Counted from the first letter of the stretch, positions 53,021-63,508 are shown. The stretch is DNA of 64,000 bases from an uncultured Marinilabiliaceae bacterium (GCA_942492595.1 CALOFK010000001.1:80366-144365), one strand, 5' to 3'. Made by a program: numbers and translations. Notes: a model not told the origin generated them from the letters alone.

Positions 53021-55321
53021 ATGCAATTTTTAAACCCCAGGTTTTTATTACTTCTTATCACACTTGTTTACTTCAATAGTAATAGCCGTGGCCAGACCAC
53101 CGGATTGGTGCTTAGTGGAGGGGGGGCAAAGGGAATAGCACATATCGGTGTAATAAAGGCACTTGAGGAAAATAATGTACAAATTGACTATATAGCCGGA
53201 ACCTCAATAGGAGCTATTGTAGGGAGTCTCTATGCAATGGGATATTCTCCTGAAGAAATGATGGATTTATTTAAATCGGACGATTTTGCAAGATGGAAGA
53301 CGGGAGAGATTGAGTCCTTGTACCGGTTTTCATATAAGGAAAATAATGATAATCCGGCACTGATTACAATTCCTATTATAAGCGATAATGATGAAACAAA
53401 ACCCCAGATACCAAGCTACCTGATTGCATCGCAGGTAATGGATTTTGCCTTTCTTGAATTAACCGCCGGCGCCAATGCTGCCTGCGAAAGGGATTTTGAC
53501 AAATTGATGATCCCTTTTCGCTGTGTTGCAGCAGATATATATAATAAAAAACCACTTATCTGGAGAAAGGGCAACCTTGCATATGCCGTAAGGTCTTCAA
53601 TGACATATCCTCTGTATTTTGAACCTATTATGGTTGATTCGCTATTGTTATTTGATGGAGGGATCTATAATAATTTTCCTTTTGATATACTTATAGATGA
53701 TTTTAACCCCGACTTTATAATAGGCAGCAAGGTTGCAACTACGCCTAAGAGACCCGACAGGGATGACCTGATGCTACAGATAGAAAACATGGTAATGCAA
53801 ACCACTAATTTTGATATTCCAGACAGTATTGGTATAGTAGTGGAGTCGAAGTTTACCGATGTCAGTCTGCTCGACTTTGAAAAGGCAGATTCTCTCTACC
53901 AGGCCGGATATGAGTCTGCAATAAAGGCAATGCCCTCCATACTTAAAAGAGCAAAATTTAGAAGTAGCGAAGAATTGCTTGCTAAAAGGAAAGCCTTTAT
54001 GAATAGAATGCCAGATTTAAATTTTAGTAATATTCAGATTTATGGTGTAAATGATGAGCAGGAACAGTATATTAAAAACCTTCTCTCAAGACAGGAACCG
54101 GTATTTTCCCTTGATCGCTTAAAAGAAAAATATTTCAGGCTGGTAACAGAAGAAAATATTAGGAACGCCTATCCCGAAGCTTTTTATAACAAAGAGAGCG
54201 GGGTATATGACCTGATTCTGGACATTAGGCTTAAGAGTGCCTATAATTTGAGCGCGGGGGGATTGCTATCATTTACCAGTTATAACCAGGGATTCCTTGA
54301 GTTTAACTATTACAGGTTAAGTGATATATTTAATCGTTTTACGAGCAATATGTACCTTGGCAGGTATTATACTTCCTTCAGACTTGCACACAGGGTTGCT
54401 ATACCTAAAAAGGAAATTATTTTTGTTGATTTAAGCATTACAGAAAACAGGTGGAATTACTATAGCAATGACATCACTTCCCTGTTCGATGCTTATTTTC
54501 CTTCATATATACAACGACGTGAAACAAGTTTTGAAGCAGCTGTAGGAAGGCCTGTAAATAATTATTCTACTATTAGAGGGCAAATATTGTTTGGATGGCT
54601 GAGGCACAATTATTACCAGGACAGGGCCCTGGTTGAATCAGGTACTCCCGACAATACTCAGTATCTTAATGGCTCATTTAAAATCCAGTTTGAGCGCAGC
54701 AGGCTAAACAGGAGGCAGTTTGCAACAGAAGGTAATTATACCACGCTCAGTGCAAGTATAAATACAGGCTATGAATATTTTGAGTCTGGAAGTACGGATA
54801 CCATTAATATTGTTCAAAATGAAGGCCTTGGCCATTCCTGGTATAAGCTGAATTTTAGAAGCGAAGATTATTTTAATTTTTCAGAAGGATTCACACTAGG
54901 CACTCTGGCTGAATTTAATGTAAGCAATAAGGAATATTCGAGCAACTATACCGCAACACAGATTAACTCTTATAGCTTCAGGCCTACAGTTTTCAGTAAG
55001 CTTATATATGCTGAATCACTTAGAGCAAATAGTTTTATGGGAGTTGGTATTCGGCCCATCCTAAGCTTAAACAATAATTTTTCTATTAGATCAGGAGCCT
55101 ACCTCTTTGTTCCGTTTTTTCCTCTTATAGAAGACGGGACAGACATAATAAGAGGAGATATAATCGGTGATTACCGTGGTGTTGCCGAACTTGCGGCGAT
55201 ATACCATACACCAATTGGACCCATTAGTATAGGGGCTAATATCTTTAGTCATGAAAGACGAAAGGTTTACTATTATTTGAATTTCGGATATATTTTGTTT
55301 AACAAAACGGGCTTGGATTAA
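53021..55321 (+). CDS. Patatin-like phospholipase with a C-terminal Omp85-like beta-barrel (PlpD / type Vd-like)
   Basis: SGGGAKG, GTSIG, DGG, then a POTRA-like region and a beta-rich C-terminus ending YLNFGYILF. Confidence 0.9.
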   Translation: MQFLNPRFLLLLITLVYFNSNSRGQTTGLVLSGGGAKGIAHIGVIKALEENNVQIDYIAGTSIGAIVGSLYAMGYSPEEMMDLFKSDDFARWKTGEIESLYRFSYKENNDNPALITIPIISDNDETKPQIPSYLIASQVMDFAFLELTAGANAACERDFDKLMIPFRCVAADIYNKKPLIWRKGNLAYAVRSSMTYPLYFEPIMVDSLLLFDGGIYNNFPFDILIDDFNPDFIIGSKVATTPKRPDRDDLMLQIENMVMQTTNFDIPDSIGIVVESKFTDVSLLDFEKADSLYQAGYESAIKAMPSILKRAKFRSSEELLAKRKAFMNRMPDLNFSNIQIYGVNDEQEQYIKNLLSRQEPVFSLDRLKEKYFRLVTEENIRNAYPEAFYNKESGVYDLILDIRLKSAYNLSAGGLLSFTSYNQGFLEFNYYRLSDIFNRFTSNMYLGRYYTSFRLAHRVAIPKKEIIFVDLSITENRWNYYSNDITSLFDAYFPSYIQRRETSFEAAVGRPVNNYSTIRGQILFGWLRHNYYQDRALVESGTPDNTQYLNGSFKIQFERSRLNRRQFATEGNYTTLSASINTGYEYFESGSTDTINIVQNEGLGHSWYKLNFRSEDYFNFSEGFTLGTLAEFNVSNKEYSSNYTATQINSYSFRPTVFSKLIYAESLRANSFMGVGIRPILSLNNNFSIRSGAYLFVPFFPLIEDGTDIIRGDIIGDYRGVAELAAIYHTPIGPISIGANIFSHERRKVYYYLNFGYILFNKTGLD

Positions 55322-55330
55322 TTAGGATAG

Positions 55331-55338
55331 TATATTTG
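55331..55338 (+). promoter_or_regulatory. Bacteroidota -7 element for the flippase-TPR-DUF4292-EnvC operon
   Basis: TATATTTG, 70 nt upstream of the GTG at 55409. Confidence 0.5.
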
Positions 55339-55408
55339 TAGCCTGGCCGTAGCATAATCCAGCTTGGCAATAGCGGCCAGTGAAGTTTGACCGGGTGTAA
55401 AATAAGAA

Positions 55409-56881
55409 GTGAAAGATTTAAACAGATTAGCGGGCCAGACTCTGGTATACGGACTGGGAACAATGCTTCCAAGATTCCTTAACTATGCCCTTTTAACTCC
55501 CTTTTATACTGCAATATTTATCAAAGCGGAGTATGGTATTGTAACAGAGCTATATGCTTATATGGCACTCTTGCTGGTGGTTCTTACCTATGGTATGGAA
55601 ACCGGATATTTTCGTTTTGCACAGAAGTCAGATAATCCAGAAGACGTATTTAGCACCTCGTTGATATCTCTTCTTTTTACTTCATTGCTCTTTATTTTAC
55701 TCTTCAATCTTTTTATTGGTCCTGTTTCAGTTATAATGAGATATGAAGAACACCGCCTATACCTGAGATTGTTTTCATTTATTGTTGCAATAGACGCATT
55801 TACCGCTATACCCTTTGCAAAACTAAGAAGAGATAATCGGCCGCTCAGGTTCAGTTTGATAAAAATTATTAATGTTAGCGTTATTGTCCTTCTGGCCCTA
55901 TTCTTCTATTTACTTGCACCCTCGCTCTATGAAAAGGGAAATAGCTTTGTTTTAAAAATTTATAATCCGGATTTCGGAGTAGGATATGTGTTTGTGGCTA
56001 ACCTGGCCGGAAGTATCGTAATGCTGCTATGCCTTCTGCCGGAGATCCTGGCTGTTAAGTTTAAATTTTCGTCGAAACTGTGGAAGAAAATGTTGCTATA
56101 TTCTTTCCCGCTGCTTATTTCGGGGCTGGCAGGAATTATTAATGATGCCCTTGACAAGGTTATACTAAGAAGACTTGTAGATAGCGATAACCCGCTGGCA
56201 ACAGTTGGAGAATACGGTGCTGGTTATAAAATTGCAGTGTTAATGGCCCTGTTTATTCAGATGTACAGGTTTGCCATGGAGCCCTTTTTCTTTGAAAAAG
56301 CAGGCGGAAAGGATGCCAGGCAAACATATGCTGTAACAATGAAGTATTTCGTTATATACTCACTTGTGCTTTACCTTGGTTTGAACCTTTACATTTCTGT
56401 TATACAGCTTATTTTGCCAGGGGACTACAGGATTGCAATGTTTATAGTTCCTATAGTGAGTATGGGTTATCTTCTCTATGGAATATTTGTTAACCTTAGC
56501 ATATGGTATAAGGCCAATGATATAACTAAATATGGTGCCTATCTCACAATTATGGGCGCAGCTATAACCATAGCCATAAATGTTATATTCGTTCCAAAAT
56601 ACAGTTACCTTGCATCTGCATGGGCACATATAGCCTGTTATGGATCGATGATAATCGGATCGTATTTGCTGAGCCGGAAATATTATCCCATTAATTATGA
56701 GAAGGGTAAAATTTTTGTATATATTCTTGTGGCTGTAATAATTGTACTTGCTGCGGGGAATATTAATTATGGTAACATATCATTAGAATTAGGAATAAAT
56801 ACATTATTTATACTCTCCTTTGTCGCTCTTTCAGAATATCTTGATAAGGCGATAAGTGTGTTTTTTAGAAGAACAAAATAA
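55409..56881 (+). CDS. Polysaccharide biosynthesis / Wzx-like flippase (MOP superfamily)
   Basis: LAGQTLVYGLG, EYGIV, TYGMETGYFRF, about 12-14 TM segments. Confidence 0.9.
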   Translation: MKDLNRLAGQTLVYGLGTMLPRFLNYALLTPFYTAIFIKAEYGIVTELYAYMALLLVVLTYGMETGYFRFAQKSDNPEDVFSTSLISLLFTSLLFILLFNLFIGPVSVIMRYEEHRLYLRLFSFIVAIDAFTAIPFAKLRRDNRPLRFSLIKIINVSVIVLLALFFYLLAPSLYEKGNSFVLKIYNPDFGVGYVFVANLAGSIVMLLCLLPEILAVKFKFSSKLWKKMLLYSFPLLISGLAGIINDALDKVILRRLVDSDNPLATVGEYGAGYKIAVLMALFIQMYRFAMEPFFFEKAGGKDARQTYAVTMKYFVIYSLVLYLGLNLYISVIQLILPGDYRIAMFIVPIVSMGYLLYGIFVNLSIWYKANDITKYGAYLTIMGAAITIAINVIFVPKYSYLASAWAHIACYGSMIIGSYLLSRKYYPINYEKGKIFVYILVAVIIVLAAGNINYGNISLELGINTLFILSFVALSEYLDKAISVFFRRTK

Positions 56882-56922
56882 GAGGAAGTCCGGGAAATAT
56901 TGAGTTAAGGTCAATAGGAAAA

Positions 56923-58683
56923 GTGAATAGCAGGAAGCAGAAAGGAAAAATGGAAATGATTATTGTAAAAAGAATAGTATTTTTTGGTCTCGGATTACTC
57001 ATAATGAACGCCTGTTCGCAGAAACTTACACCGGCAGATACAGAAAAGCCTGTAGTTAGTGGGTTTGACACAGCAGATTATAATATAATTTTTAATGATG
57101 CGCTAAAGAATAAAATGAACGGCAATCCTGGAAATGCAATACGTTTATTCGAAAGGGCGATAAAGATTAATAAGAATAGCGACGCTTCATATTATGAGTT
57201 ATCACAACTATATCAGTCTGCCGGTGATCAGCAAAAAGCAGTCAGCTATGCAGCCAGGGCTGCCATCCTCGATCCGCTAAATAACTGGTATATTAATAAC
57301 GCAGGCCTACAGTACTATTATGCAAGAAAATATGATTCTGCTGTCTATTATTATGAGAACCTGATAAAGCTCGAACCGGATCGGGAAGACCTTAGATTAA
57401 GCCTTGCGGGTTTCTATGAAGATGCAAAACAATATGCTAAAGCAGAAGAGATATTAAAGGAATTTATAGTCCAATATGGAGAGGAGGATGAGTTACTGAT
57501 TGGGCTTATTCGTATTTATGGAAATTGGGGAAAAGAGGACCTTGCTGAAAAAATGATTTTAAAACTTATTGAAAGCAGCCCTGACAAGTTAAAGAGCTAT
57601 AATATACTGGCAGAGTTTTACAAGTTTGAAAACAGAGACGAGGAAGCGCTTGCCATATATGAAAAATTGTATGAAATGGCCCCCGATAATCCCTTTTTAC
57701 AATTATCATATGTCGATTTTCTGAGGTCTGCTGGTAAATATGATGAATTCTTATCTGAATTAAGCAAGTTAATACTTAACGATGATATCGAGGTTAATGG
57801 CCTGGTAAATGTTTTTGCATCAGTTCTTAACGATAGTAAGTTAATTGAAGAACGGGGCCATGAACTCGAGTTACCCACGATGCTTCTTATTAGCAGTTAT
57901 CCCGATATACCCGAGATTATTCTCCTTGCCAGCCAGATTTTTGAGGCATGCGGGAAGGATGAAAGAGCGGTCGGCACCTTGAGAAATTATAGTCAGAAGC
58001 ATCCCGAGAATTATCCGATGTGGGAAAGATTGCTTTTTGCATATAGCTCACGAACAATGATAGACGACCTGTATACCACATCAAAATATGTAGCCACCAA
58101 ATTTAACCTTTCCCCCATCCCTAAACTGCTTCTTGCCTTTGCTTCAAATGAAAGGGGTGAGTATGACCTTGCTATTGGTGAGCTTGATAAGGCTTATACC
58201 CTTGCAGGCAATAACAGAGAGTTAATTATAGAAATCACATCCCTGCTGGCGAGTGTCTATTATAAGCAGGGAGACACAGAAAGAGCATTTAATACTTTTG
58301 ATAAAGGACTTGAATTAAGCCCCGATAACGCAGCGATGTTAAATAACTACGCCTACTATCTGTCGGAAGAGAATATAAGGCTTAAAGAGGCCCTCAGTAT
58401 GATTGAGGACTGTCTTAAGATTGAAAGTAATAGCACCTATCTTGATACTTATGCATGGATACTTTATAAACTGGGTAAATATCGGAAGGCCAATGATATT
58501 ATGAGCGGACTTTCACTTAATGGCACAATGGAAACAGCCGATCATTATGAACATTACGGTTTTATTAAAAAAGCCATGGGAGAATGTACAAAGGCAATTG
58601 AAATGTGGGATAAAGCGGTAGAAATGGATCTTAACAGAGATTACCTGCTAAAGGAGATAGAGAAATGTCAGTCGGGAAAATAG
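56923..58683 (+). CDS. TPR-repeat lipoprotein
   Basis: Lipobox LIMNAC, multiple TPRs, LNNYAYYL and YLDTYAWILYK. The true start may be a few codons downstream. Confidence 0.9.
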   Translation: MNSRKQKGKMEMIIVKRIVFFGLGLLIMNACSQKLTPADTEKPVVSGFDTADYNIIFNDALKNKMNGNPGNAIRLFERAIKINKNSDASYYELSQLYQSAGDQQKAVSYAARAAILDPLNNWYINNAGLQYYYARKYDSAVYYYENLIKLEPDREDLRLSLAGFYEDAKQYAKAEEILKEFIVQYGEEDELLIGLIRIYGNWGKEDLAEKMILKLIESSPDKLKSYNILAEFYKFENRDEEALAIYEKLYEMAPDNPFLQLSYVDFLRSAGKYDEFLSELSKLILNDDIEVNGLVNVFASVLNDSKLIEERGHELELPTMLLISSYPDIPEIILLASQIFEACGKDERAVGTLRNYSQKHPENYPMWERLLFAYSSRTMIDDLYTTSKYVATKFNLSPIPKLLLAFASNERGEYDLAIGELDKAYTLAGNNRELIIEITSLLASVYYKQGDTERAFNTFDKGLELSPDNAAMLNNYAYYLSEENIRLKEALSMIEDCLKIESNSTYLDTYAWILYKLGKYRKANDIMSGLSLNGTMETADHYEHYGFIKKAMGECTKAIEMWDKAVEMDLNRDYLLKEIEKCQSGK

Positions 58684-59429
58684 TATTTAATATATTAATA
58701 GCATCACTTCTTTTACAGTCTTGTTCGACTGCACGTAGGCTTAACTCTGGAGAAAGTTCAGCAGGCAAACTGGAGGGAGAAGATTATGGAAGCCTTGTTA
58801 TAAATCGTAATATATCCGGAAAAGGCCTGATAATAAGCAGGGCCAGAATACGATATAGCAACGATGATGTCAGCCTCAGCGTAAGTGGTTTTATAAAATA
58901 CAACAGAAAGGAAGAATTATTATTAAGCGTCCGTTCTATAGCCGGTATTGAGATTGCCAGGGTATTAATAAGCAAGGATAGCCTAAAGGTTCACGACAGG
59001 CTTAATAATATACTTTATATTCAGTCGTTAAATTATCTGTCAGCTAAATATGGAATTGGGGCCAGAGACCTGGTATTACTGTGGGGAGATATGCCGCCAG
59101 AAATGGATCGCAGCGTTTCAGAGCAGGCCGCGAATGGTGAACTGGTATTTAAGACTGCCGGTGCAGGAACAGACTATGAAATTACCCTGGATAAACAGTG
59201 GAGTAAGATAAGTAGTGCACTTTTAAAATATGGGGAAAATAATCAGAGTAAAATGACATTTTATAATTTTGTAAAAGATAAAGGACTAATATATCCTGCT
59301 AATGCCGATATATTATTGGACAGGGGAACTATTACTATAGAACTTAAATATAGCGGCGTAAAAAGAGAAAGAATTAATAGCATGAAATTTTCACCGTCAA
59401 AAAGCGCCGAGCTTATAATATTAAAATGA
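58665..59429 (+). CDS. DUF4292 family lipoprotein (LolA/LolB-like fold)
   Basis: Lipobox LLQSC, IEIARVLISKDSLKVHDRLN. Lies between the TPR and EnvC-like genes. Confidence 0.8.
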   Translation: MSVGKIVFNILIASLLLQSCSTARRLNSGESSAGKLEGEDYGSLVINRNISGKGLIISRARIRYSNDDVSLSVSGFIKYNRKEELLLSVRSIAGIEIARVLISKDSLKVHDRLNNILYIQSLNYLSAKYGIGARDLVLLWGDMPPEMDRSVSEQAANGELVFKTAGAGTDYEITLDKQWSKISSALLKYGENNQSKMTFYNFVKDKGLIYPANADILLDRGTITIELKYSGVKRERINSMKFSPSKSAELIILK

Positions 59430-60607
59430 AAACGTGGATATGCATATTTCTTTTCGCCAGTTCTGCTTTTTTGCAGGGACAAACACTTTCTGACCTTGAG
59501 GAAAGAAGAGCAAAAACCCTTGCAGATATAGAGTATGTTGATAAAATGTTGAAGGAGACGTCTACCGAAAAGGCAGCAAGTCTGCAAGGTCTGAATATAG
59601 TGAACAGTAAATTACGATTAAGAGAAAGTGTTATTTCCGATATACAGGAACAAATAGAATTATTGAGTGTAAGGATAGATCTTAATGAAATGGCCATTGT
59701 TTTAATGGAGGACGACCTGGAGATGCTGTTAAAGGACTATGAAAAGGCGATTATACATGCACAGAGAGTAAGTAAAGGTCAGCCAGATTTCGCTTATGTT
59801 TTTTCGGCAAGGGACATAAATCAGGGTTATAAAAGGCTTAAATATCTGCAGCAGGTAGCAAAATTTCGACGAAGAGAAGCTGAATTAATTATGGATATTA
59901 AATCTGAGATTGAGCGTAATAAGCTTAAGCAGGAACAGGATCTAGAGGAAATTGTTAGTTTGAAGCAGAAAGAGGAACAACAAAAGAGCAGCCTGCAAAA
60001 CGAACAGGCACAAAAGCGTGGTTTGTTAAACAGACTATCGAGGCAGGAAAGGCAGCTGCGGCAAGATCTGCAGGATAAAAGAAGAATAGCGAAAGAAATC
60101 GAAAAGGAAATAGAACGCGTTATTGAAGCTGAAAGGAAGAAGAGAGAAAGTGTTGAATTAACACCCGAGGAAGCTTTAACAGGCGATAATTTCGTCAAGA
60201 ACAAAGGCCTGCTTCCCTGGCCTGTTGAGCGTGGAGTTGTAACAAGTAAATACGGCGTACACGATCATCCGCTTTTAAAAGGAACAAAGGTCGATAATAT
60301 TGGAATTGAAATTACGAGCAACGAAAAGATTAAGGCAAGATCAGTCTTTAAGGGGAGCGTAGTTAGTGTTTTTGGTATATCTGGTGGCAATATGGCCGTA
60401 ATTGTTAGGCATGGACAATTTCTCACAGTTTACCAGAACCTGGTAAATGTTGTTGTGAAACCTGGCGACACCGTAGAAACGAAGCAGGTACTTGGAGATG
60501 TTTTTTCTGATGCTGCGGATTCTGGCAAGTCGGTAATCAAGTTTATGATATATCAGGAGAAGGATAAAAAAGATCCGGAAGACTGGCTTGCAAAAAAGAG
60601 GATGTAA
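59426..60607 (+). CDS. Murein hydrolase activator EnvC-like (coiled coil + M23 domain)
   Basis: Signal peptide, long coiled coil, KGLLPWPV..G, NIGIEI, VRHGQFLTVYQNL. Confidence 0.92.
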   Translation: MKTWICIFLFASSAFLQGQTLSDLEERRAKTLADIEYVDKMLKETSTEKAASLQGLNIVNSKLRLRESVISDIQEQIELLSVRIDLNEMAIVLMEDDLEMLLKDYEKAIIHAQRVSKGQPDFAYVFSARDINQGYKRLKYLQQVAKFRRREAELIMDIKSEIERNKLKQEQDLEEIVSLKQKEEQQKSSLQNEQAQKRGLLNRLSRQERQLRQDLQDKRRIAKEIEKEIERVIEAERKKRESVELTPEEALTGDNFVKNKGLLPWPVERGVVTSKYGVHDHPLLKGTKVDNIGIEITSNEKIKARSVFKGSVVSVFGISGGNMAVIVRHGQFLTVYQNLVNVVVKPGDTVETKQVLGDVFSDAADSGKSVIKFMIYQEKDKKDPEDWLAKKRM

Positions 60608-60660
60608 ATTGTAACTTTTGGCCTTAAATTAAGTATAAGAAAAGGTTAAGGTGGATTGAA

Positions 60661-61057
60661 ATGAAAAGAAATATTGATATAGCTTCTGAAATATCCAATA
60701 TTCGGAAAATAGAGAATGTTATAGATGAGCTTTCCAATGAGCTGGGTATTAATAAAGATGCATACGGCAAAATACTTGTAGCTACCCTTGAGGCAGTTAA
60801 TAATGCTATTATTCACGGCAATAAAACAGATATTAGCAAGCATGTTAATGTGGCGTTTATTTTGTCGAATAGGATACTAAATATTACCGTAAGGGATGAG
60901 GGTACTGGTTTTAATCCGCTTGTTGTACCCGACCCCTACCTCTCCTGAGAATATTGAAAGTCTGCATGGAAGGGGTGTTTATTTAATGAATAATCTTGCA
61001 GACGACATAGAATTTAACACTGATGGAAATCAGGTTACTATGAAGTTTAATCTCTAA
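60661..61057 (+). pseudogene. RsbW-like anti-sigma factor / HATPase protein with a +1 frameshift (pseudogene or sequence error)
   Basis: EAVNNAIIHGN and VRDEGTGF lie in frame to TGA 60948. The expected tail TSPENIESLHGRGVYLMNNLADDIEFNTDGNQVTMKFNL* (stop 61057) is in the next frame; removing one C from CCCC at 60933-60936 restores a 131-aa ORF. Confidence 0.85.
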
Positions 61058-61062
61058 GAGGC

Positions 61063-61491
61063 GTGGCAATAAGAGTTCATTACACGAACGTAAAATTTCA
61101 AGTATCAGGATCTGCTAAAATTAAGAAGTGCTTAATCGACTCGGCGCTCAGTGAAGGCTATGCTATCGATGAGCTGCACTATTTTTTTATCGATGACAAT
61201 AGTCAGCGGCAGATTAATTCAGAATTTCTTGAACATGATTACAATACCGATGTTATTACTTTTGATTACTCAAGGGAGAAATCTCTCGCGGGAGAAGTAT
61301 ATATAGCTATAGATACAGTAAAGCGAAATTCTCTTAATTATAAAACAAATTTCAGACAGGAATATTTAAGGGTAATGATTCATGGCTTATTGCATCTAAT
61401 GGGATATAATGATAAGACGAAGCGGGAAATTAAGGTGATGAGAGAGAAGGAAGACTATTATCTAAGTAAGATGAAGGATGGAAAAGAATGA
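61063..61491 (+). CDS. ybeY: rRNA maturation endoribonuclease YbeY
   Basis: HDYNTDVITF, GEVYI, HGLLHLMGYND (H3xH5xH). Confidence 0.96.
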   Translation: MAIRVHYTNVKFQVSGSAKIKKCLIDSALSEGYAIDELHYFFIDDNSQRQINSEFLEHDYNTDVITFDYSREKSLAGEVYIAIDTVKRNSLNYKTNFRQEYLRVMIHGLLHLMGYNDKTKREIKVMREKEDYYLSKMKDGKE

Positions 61492-63355
61492 TTATGATAT
61501 AATAGTTGTTGGCGGGGGCCATGCTGGAGTTGAGGCAGCATATGCTGCGGCTGGAATGGGAATGAAGACCCTCCTGGTAACAATGGATATGACAAAGCTT
61601 GGTCAGATGTCGTGTAACCCTGCTATGGGTGGAATAGCCAAGGGGCAGATTTTAAGGGAGATTGATGCTCTTGGCGGTGCTTCCGGTATTGTTACAGATA
61701 AAAGTATGATACAATTCAGGATGCTAAACAGATCTAAGGGACCAGCAATGTGGAGTCCGAGGGCACAGTGCGACAGGACTTTGTTTAGCCAGATTTGGAG
61801 ACAGGTGCTTGAGAATAGAGATAATTTGTATATGTGGCAGGAAAGAGCAACTAAGCTTATAGTTGAAGATAATATAGTGAGAGGAATAGAAACCAGTTTT
61901 GGAACACGTTTCAAATCAAGGGCAGTAATAATGGCCAGTGGAACTTTTTTGAATGGACTTATGCATGTTGGATATAGTACATCTGAAGGTGGTAGATCTG
62001 GAGATGGCTCATCCACTGGAATTAGCGAACAGTTAAGAGATCTTGGGTTTGAAGTTGAAAGGATGAAGACCGGAACCAGCGCCAGGCTTGATGGCAGGAC
62101 AATAGATTTTTCAAAGATGATCGAGCAGAAGGGTGAAGGAGAGGGACGTTGTTTTTCCTTTCTTAACGACAGGGTTGAGATCAGTAATGAGAAAAGCTGC
62201 TATATTGTTCATACTAACGAGGAAGTGCATAATGAACTTAGAAAAGGGCTAAAATTCAGTCCACTCTTCCAGGGACGAATAAAGGGAATAGGACCAAGAT
62301 ATTGTCCAAGCATAGAAGATAAGATAGTAACCTTTGCAGATAAAAATTCACATCAGCTTTTTATTGAACCCGAGGGTTGGAATACAAATGAGTATTATAT
62401 AAATGGATATTCTTCAAGCCTGCCACTTGATATTCAAATGAAGGCTATTAAAAAAATACCGGGACTGGAGAATGTCCATATCTATAGACCAGGTTATGCA
62501 ATAGAATATGATTTTTTTCAACCTACGCAACTTAAGTATACGCTTGAGACAAGACTAATTCAAAATCTATATTTTGCCGGACAGATTAACGGTACAACGG
62601 GTTATGAAGAGGCTGCTGCCCAGGGCCTGATGTGTGGTATTAATGCAGTTTTAAAAATAAGGGGCGAAGAAGAGTTGGTATTTAAAAGGGATGAGTCTTA
62701 TATTGGTGTTTTAATAGATGATCTGGTTACAAAGGGCGTTGATGAACCCTATAGGATGTTTACATCAAGGGCAGAATACAGAATTTTATTAAGACAGGAT
62801 AATGCAGACGAGAGGCTGAGCCCCGTCGGATATAGAATCGGACTTGTTGATGAAAGCAGAATGAGCAGGTTGAAAGAGAAAAGGGTACTGGTAAAAGAAG
62901 TACGAAATCTTGCAGCAACAGTAAAATTTAAACCAGAAGAAGTAAATGATTTCTTAAGGAAAAAAGAAACAAGTGCTGTAAGAGAAGGCACAAGAATTGA
63001 GAATCTGGCTGCACGACCACAATTGGGCCTCGAGGAACTTTTAATCTTAAATGATAAAGGAAGAAGTCTTATAGAGAAGCTGGGACAAAGAAAGGAAGAG
63101 ATTTTAGAATCGGTTGAGATATCTATCAAGTACCAGGGCTATATCGACAGGGAAAAAAACCTGGCTGATAAAATTAAGAAGTTAAACGATCTGAAGATTC
63201 CAGATGATGTTGTATATGATGAGTTAAAGTCTATATCAACGGAAGGGAGACAAAAGCTGAGTAAGCACAGGCCGGGTACAGTCGGGCAGGCAAGCAGGAT
63301 TAGCGGAGTGTCACCGAGTGATGTTTCTGTTTTGCTAATGTATATCGGACGATAG
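61478..63355 (+). CDS. mnmG: tRNA uridine-5-carboxymethylaminomethyl(34) synthesis enzyme MnmG (GidA)
   Basis: GGGHAG, MSCNPAMGG, SKGPAMWSPRAQ, GPRYCPSIEDK, GQINGTTGYEEAAAQG, YRMFTSRAEYR. Confidence 0.98.
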   Translation: MEKNDYDIIVVGGGHAGVEAAYAAAGMGMKTLLVTMDMTKLGQMSCNPAMGGIAKGQILREIDALGGASGIVTDKSMIQFRMLNRSKGPAMWSPRAQCDRTLFSQIWRQVLENRDNLYMWQERATKLIVEDNIVRGIETSFGTRFKSRAVIMASGTFLNGLMHVGYSTSEGGRSGDGSSTGISEQLRDLGFEVERMKTGTSARLDGRTIDFSKMIEQKGEGEGRCFSFLNDRVEISNEKSCYIVHTNEEVHNELRKGLKFSPLFQGRIKGIGPRYCPSIEDKIVTFADKNSHQLFIEPEGWNTNEYYINGYSSSLPLDIQMKAIKKIPGLENVHIYRPGYAIEYDFFQPTQLKYTLETRLIQNLYFAGQINGTTGYEEAAAQGLMCGINAVLKIRGEEELVFKRDESYIGVLIDDLVTKGVDEPYRMFTSRAEYRILLRQDNADERLSPVGYRIGLVDESRMSRLKEKRVLVKEVRNLAATVKFKPEEVNDFLRKKETSAVREGTRIENLAARPQLGLEELLILNDKGRSLIEKLGQRKEEILESVEISIKYQGYIDREKNLADKIKKLNDLKIPDDVVYDELKSISTEGRQKLSKHRPGTVGQASRISGVSPSDVSVLLMYIGR

Positions 63356-63417
63356 GAGTTTCGGGAAAAGGGCGCAGAGCAAAGAAAACGTATATTTTGA
63401 TATATATACAAAACGCA

Positions 63418-63445
63418 TCACATTACACACTACACATAAGACACA
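63418..63445 (+). repeat. Degenerate heptamer tandem repeat (ACAC-rich) x4
   Basis: TCACATT ACACACT ACACATA AGACACA. Confidence 0.45.
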
Positions 63446-63492
63446 AGGGTCGACACCCAATAGTGTTAATAGCTCTTCATATTTGTTAAAAA

Positions 63493-63508
63493 GGTTCCAC
63501 GTGGAACA
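63493..63508. other. parS centromere-like site
   Basis: GGTTCCACGTGGAACA (TGTTCCACGTGGAACC on -) has a perfect 14-bp palindromic core matching the known GTTYCACGTGRAAC parS consensus. Confidence 0.9.
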
